IMG/VR virus record: IMGVR_UViG_3300042291_001013
DNA from: a virus
Lineage: Duplodnaviria; Caudoviricetes
Reading direction: 5' to 3' (one strand)
DNA length: 64,000 nt
Shown: piece after piece, positions 60,040-64,000 of the stretch
How positions within the stretch are numbered: position 1 is the first letter of the stretch
How the letters are laid out: every line of letters starts with the position of its first letter
Program-made: the position numbers and the translations under genes
The notes under the pieces: generated by a model
Database searches by the model: none
Told to the model about the DNA's origin: nothing
Seen by the model: only the letters and a program-made list of their open reading frames with translations

Positions 60040-61078
60040 TCCCTGCCATGGCATCGATGTTGCTGAAGACTGGCGTCTTTACAAAAAACGCACATGGCCC
60101 ATACGCATTGCCTGTGTGCAGAGTCTTTGCACTCGTCCTGGACAGCACAGTTATCATGCCGACTACGAGCATCTAGACTGGAGTCAATTTGATCTAGTGT
60201 TAATTAGTGACATTGAAATGAACACTATCGATACCATAGAAACCTGGATCTCTGAAGTGGGCATTGGGCGTTGTTTGATTGCTGTGGGCGGCGTACATGA
60301 TCATGAAACCCTGGATCCTGCACGTCACATCTACAGACCCTGGTGGGCCTATAACTTGATGCGTTGTAACACAGACCCTGTGCCTGACCTGCCACAAAGT
60401 CATGTTTGGGCATTTGATGTGTTGCTGGGCGCACGTAGACCGCATCGTGACTTTGTGATGCAGTACATGACTCAGCACGGGATGCTGGATCGCAATATTG
60501 TGACTTATAGAGACTTTTTTGGCGGTGCTGTAGTAGACGACGTTAGTGAACGTGTGGCCGCGCACTTTGGCCAGCAGTTGACTCATCCTTATGTGAGCCC
60601 GCATCTTGAACAGGCTTGGGAAGTGCCGGGACCGTTCAACAATTCGATATCCAGTCGCATTCCGCACACCATTTACAGTTTAACAAAATGGAGCATTGTG
60701 TCAGAGACTCTGGGCACCGGGGGCTGTTTCTTTATGAGTGAAAAGATGGCCAAGGTGATTGCTACCAACAGAATATTTGTGCATGTGGGCGCACGAAATT
60801 ATCTTGCACAGTTGCGAGACTTGGGATTTCAAACGTTCGGGCACATCATTGATGAAAGTTATGATTCAATCCCAGACGATATTGAACGCTGGTCTGCCGC
60901 AATGGAGCAGGCGCAGTGGTTGCAGGACAAAGACCATGGCAAATATCAGTTGTTGTGTCGCTCACAGCTGGAAAACAACTACAGGACCTTGGCTACCCTA
61001 CCCCTGCGCACTCAGCGACTCATGCTAGACCGGGTATTTGATGCAATTGCATCTGTTGAAACAGCCAATCAGCAATGA
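60020..61078 (+). CDS. Putative GT-B (GT10-like) glycosyltransferase, paralog 3
   Basis: SIVSET...FMSEKMAK...LRDLGFQTFGHIIDESYD. Confidence 0.55.
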   Translation: MSYELYNPCHGIDVAEDWRLYKKRTWPIRIACVQSLCTRPGQHSYHADYEHLDWSQFDLVLISDIEMNTIDTIETWISEVGIGRCLIAVGGVHDHETLDPARHIYRPWWAYNLMRCNTDPVPDLPQSHVWAFDVLLGARRPHRDFVMQYMTQHGMLDRNIVTYRDFFGGAVVDDVSERVAAHFGQQLTHPYVSPHLEQAWEVPGPFNNSISSRIPHTIYSLTKWSIVSETLGTGGCFFMSEKMAKVIATNRIFVHVGARNYLAQLRDLGFQTFGHIIDESYDSIPDDIERWSAAMEQAQWLQDKDHGKYQLLCRSQLENNYRTLATLPLRTQRLMLDRVFDAIASVETANQQ

Positions 61079-61841
61079 CTATTTGACTCTGTTCACTGCC
61101 ATGATATCCAGGATCCTCACCTGAAAACGGATGCTGTCCTGTGGCCACTTGCGGTGTGCGCTGTGGATCTAGCTGTATGTAATAATCAGGAATAATAGCA
61201 GGGAAAGCCGTGCGCCATTGTTGAGTGTTGTTGGGATCAAATGGCCACAACAGATTGGGCATTACAATAAATTTAATACCGTCAAGATACATCATTATGA
61301 TGCCTTCTCTAATGATCCATTCATCCTGTTGCTTTTTCCAAGCATTGTCGTAGATACTGTCAATCCAGTGACGCACACCTGTTTGTGCTTGTTTAGTAAT
61401 TCGAGCCATTCTGTAAGGATGGTCAAAGTTTTCTGCCAGGGTAAAGATAGTTTCGCAAATCATGTTTGATGGTTCTCGACCGTAGTTGACATTGCGTATG
61501 CCATCTTCTCTGCGGTACCCGTTGCCTAACGTTCTATTTTGTAAGTGTTGTTCCAGCGGAGGGTTTTCTCCTGCGCTGGGCTTTTGGTTCCAGTCGTAGG
61601 GCGCAGAGTCAGCAGGTATTTCCATTCTGTCCCAGAACGTGGGACTGATCACTGCCAAGTCCGGACGCTGGCGTCGTATTTCATCAATTTGTATGCGTAT
61701 GCCGCCGTTGCTACAACCCTGACGTGCTAGATTAATCAGTTCCCAGTTGCCCAGCTTACGTGCTAGATGTTCACTCCATGACGTGCCGGGGTGCTTTTGT
61801 GCCACTGCTGAGAATGAGCATCCTGCTACCATTAATTTCAT
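61020..61841 (-). CDS. SGNH-hydrolase-like protein, paralog 4
   Basis: AGCSFS, QGCSN, DPGYH. Confidence 0.6.
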   Translation of the reverse strand: MKLMVAGCSFSAVAQKHPGTSWSEHLARKLGNWELINLARQGCSNGGIRIQIDEIRRQRPDLAVISPTFWDRMEIPADSAPYDWNQKPSAGENPPLEQHLQNRTLGNGYRREDGIRNVNYGREPSNMICETIFTLAENFDHPYRMARITKQAQTGVRHWIDSIYDNAWKKQQDEWIIREGIIMMYLDGIKFIVMPNLLWPFDPNNTQQWRTAFPAIIPDYYIQLDPQRTPQVATGQHPFSGEDPGYHGSEQSQIVIADWLFQQMQLHQIPGLA

Positions 61842-62359
61842 TGTGTTTCCTTGTAACTGTTGCGATGTTCCTGAGCATGAAAGCTCTGTACAATTTCACC
61901 ATGCTGGGGTAATTCGTCTATAGTATATGTACCTGGCGGAATTGTGAATGTCACAGTTCCTTGATCTCTTTTGGCAAATGTCACAAGCCTGGCATGATGC
62001 TGTACGCAACTATGCACAAACACATGATGTATGTGCCCGTAGTCCCCGTGCTCGTCGTGTGACAACACTAGATCGTAACGTTCAGCAATATTGCCAATTT
62101 CCCTACGTGCTTGTTCCGTGTTGAAACTGATTGATTTGTTTTCAATATCTCTGTAGTCATCTGTGTAACCCAAAAAGATGCAGGGAATTGATCTGCGCTG
62201 CCAAAATTCTTTTAATTCTTGTGCTCGCGGTTCCCATTCCGAATAGGTTAGATAACAAATGGCCCAGTCCATTTCAGGATGATTGTGAATATAGCTGTAG
62301 GCAAATATCACACAGTCATCAGGGTGTGCCACCATGCACAGAGCTTTTACAGTTGCCAT
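61838..62359 (-). CDS. PIG-L/LmbE-family deacetylase
   Basis: AHPDD, HGDYGHIHH. Confidence 0.85.
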   Translation of the reverse strand: MATVKALCMVAHPDDCVIFAYSYIHNHPEMDWAICYLTYSEWEPRAQELKEFWQRRSIPCIFLGYTDDYRDIENKSISFNTEQARREIGNIAERYDLVLSHDEHGDYGHIHHVFVHSCVQHHARLVTFAKRDQGTVTFTIPPGTYTIDELPQHGEIVQSFHAQEHRNSYKETQ

Positions 62360-63177
62360 GCTGAAGTCAAGCCTTGATCAATCAAATAATGCTGGTATCT
62401 CATGCGCTGATCAGGGGTCATGTGACTCCAAGCGCCGCGATGTATGCTCACAGTGTGCGGCTTGATGCGTTGCATTTCGTCCAGTCTGGCATCTATTCTG
62501 TTAACTTCACTGTGATCAACGTTGCAGGGAATGATAGCAGGGTCAGCGTACAATGTGTCATAAAGGTTGTGCTGTTGCAGCCAAGCTGAATACAGCACAA
62601 ATTCTGTTAGCATGCCCTGTGCTTGAAACCATTCAGGAAAACTTGCGCCTGTACGCTGTTCACAGTCAGCAATCATGGCTCGCACTGTGGCTGTGTGAAA
62701 GAAGTAAGGTACGCCGCCAGGCCCCAGTTGTTGAGTCACTGTGATATTCCACAGCGCACCAGCAATGTCTGCACTGGGCTGAAACACTGGAAATATTGCC
62801 ATTGTGCCCACCCTGGGACGCCCGTTGTCTGTTACAGCATCAAGTTCAAAGTCACGTACAAGAATGGTCTTGGCGTCCAGTACCATCACATACTGATTGT
62901 AGCTCATGGCCGAGCATAACAATTTAAGTGCTTGTTGGCTAACCCAACCGTTGTTGCTCCAGTCTGTGCTGAATGAGCTACAGGGCACAACCATCACACG
63001 ATCAGCTAGACTGCCCCACCATGTGGCATCTATTTTGCTGACCACATCGTCTGAGTCATTTACCACAACATAGATGTTGCGTGTGCCCAGGTGACTAGCA
63101 TAGCGAGCAATGCTTTCAGCTTGTACTTTTAATGCGGGGAGTTCTTGTTCGAATACCACTGTGCAGATATCAATCAT
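62347..63177 (-). CDS. DUF6492-like (putative GT-A) protein
   Basis: GWVSQQALKL, VLDAK, TEFVLY. Confidence 0.6.
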   Translation of the reverse strand: MIDICTVVFEQELPALKVQAESIARYASHLGTRNIYVVVNDSDDVVSKIDATWWGSLADRVMVVPCSSFSTDWSNNGWVSQQALKLLCSAMSYNQYVMVLDAKTILVRDFELDAVTDNGRPRVGTMAIFPVFQPSADIAGALWNITVTQQLGPGGVPYFFHTATVRAMIADCEQRTGASFPEWFQAQGMLTEFVLYSAWLQQHNLYDTLYADPAIIPCNVDHSEVNRIDARLDEMQRIKPHTVSIHRGAWSHMTPDQRMRYQHYLIDQGLTSAWQL

Positions 63178-63188
63178 GCACTTATGTA

Positions 63189-63413
63189 TCAGGCTATTTG
63201 TACCACGTTGGTAATTACTGAATTCTTTCCGTACTGCGCCATTAGTAATTGGCGGGCCATTGAGGGATTTTTGGCAAAAATGGCCACGTCCATTGAATTG
63301 GCGTAGAGTTCATTTTTGACCTTTACTCTGGCTTGATACACATGAAAGCCGGGCACTGCTGATTCTTGTAGGGCATACTGACTGCCCTGTTGACTGTTGG
63401 GATACTGTTTCAT
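63189..63413 (-). CDS. Small hypothetical protein
   Basis: ARQLLMAQYG resembles ARLLLQTRYG of 6093-6245. Confidence 0.65.
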   Translation of the reverse strand: MKQYPNSQQGSQYALQESAVPGFHVYQARVKVKNELYANSMDVAIFAKNPSMARQLLMAQYGKNSVITNVVQIA

Positions 63414-63841
63414 TAATCGGCCTTTTTGCCTTTGTCTTTTTCAGTAATGGGCCCACCAGTGACCCAGGCCTTGCATGACCTTGAGCCTGCACATTTGAAA
63501 TGCAAAAAATTGCAATAGCCAAGATCCGCCAAGTTGATACTGGCGTTGGCATCTACCCCCGACTCATCGCCCTGGATGCCATCAGCCATGCATTTTCGCA
63601 TGCTGTCACTAACATCAAACGCCGCACAGTTACCGCACTGCATGGTACGAGCAGTTGCCACACTGACCTTGAATATCTTTGCGCTCGTGCTCCAGTAGTC
63701 TTCAGCACGTTCAGGATTGGCAGGGCCGTAATGATATTCGTCAATGGCTTTTTGACGATTTTTTAGGTTGAGATCTATGTCATGCGTTGCTGTGGGGCAA
63801 CCATTGGAAATAGCTTCTAGTAGGTTTAGGTAGTTTCTCAT
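63413..63841 (-). CDS. Cys-rich hypothetical protein
   Basis: CGNCAAF...GYC..LHFKC...RSC. Confidence 0.7.
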   Translation of the reverse strand: MRNYLNLLEAISNGCPTATHDIDLNLKNRQKAIDEYHYGPANPERAEDYWSTSAKIFKVSVATARTMQCGNCAAFDVSDSMRKCMADGIQGDESGVDANASINLADLGYCNFLHFKCAGSRSCKAWVTGGPITEKDKGKKAD

Positions 63842-64000
63842 TTAGTGGAACATCAAGTAACTGTCAATCACGTCTAGTCGATTGGCCGCACGATCGCCTG
63901 CACCGGGCTGTACAATAACGTTCCATTTAGGCTTGGGGCCTTCAGGAGTGGCCAGCATTTGATCGTATGTGATAATGGTGTCCCTGGGCACTTGATACTG
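63842..64000 (-). CDS. Partial CDS (5' end outside window)
   Basis: Open frame ...IVQPGAGDRAANRLDVIDSYLMFH*. Confidence 0.6.
   Translation of the reverse strand, partial: QYQVPRDTIITYDQMLATPEGPKPKWNVIVQPGAGDRAANRLDVIDSYLMFH

Overview
This 64-kb window is part of a large T4-like lytic dsDNA phage genome, transcribed almost entirely from the minus strand. Evidence for this includes a family-B DNA polymerase, a clamp-like gene, a T4-type RNase H/5'-3' exonuclease, a DsbA-like protein, sigma70 early promoters (TTGACC-17-TATAAT) and TAAATA late promoters. A betaproteobacterial host is inferred from Bug/TctC and DctP solute-binding proteins and the tmRNA tag ANDEQFALAA. From left to right the window holds: (1) auxiliary genes (TctC, phosphoesterase/kinase/PTP, ahcY, an rpoZ homolog lacking the ppGpp-site Arg, ahpD/aldolase/ahpC); (2) a 6-kb RNA island with 27 tRNAs, a circularly permuted two-piece tmRNA, at least six stem-closed ncRNA candidates and two near-identical promoter/leader-peptide/antiterminator/terminator units, with 3 further tRNAs near 19.5 kb giving 30 tRNAs for all 20 amino acids; (3) a TctC/PP-loop/halogenase/DctP cassette; (4) small early genes joined by a shared junction sequence; (5) a 7-deazaguanine DNA-modification gene set (queE, queD, folE, a QueD-like T-fold protein and a DpdA/TGT-like protein, but no queC), interleaved with sugar-nucleotide, glycosyltransferase, PRTase, HIT and nuclease-like genes; (6) replication genes; (7) virion/internal-protein genes with Dps, and a second glycan-modification block. 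The best candidate for an undescribed system is ribosome-dependent attenuation of a phage tRNA/ncRNA array by leader peptides that each contain 18 of the 20 amino acids. All calls were made by eye from motifs; no database searches or folding programs were run.
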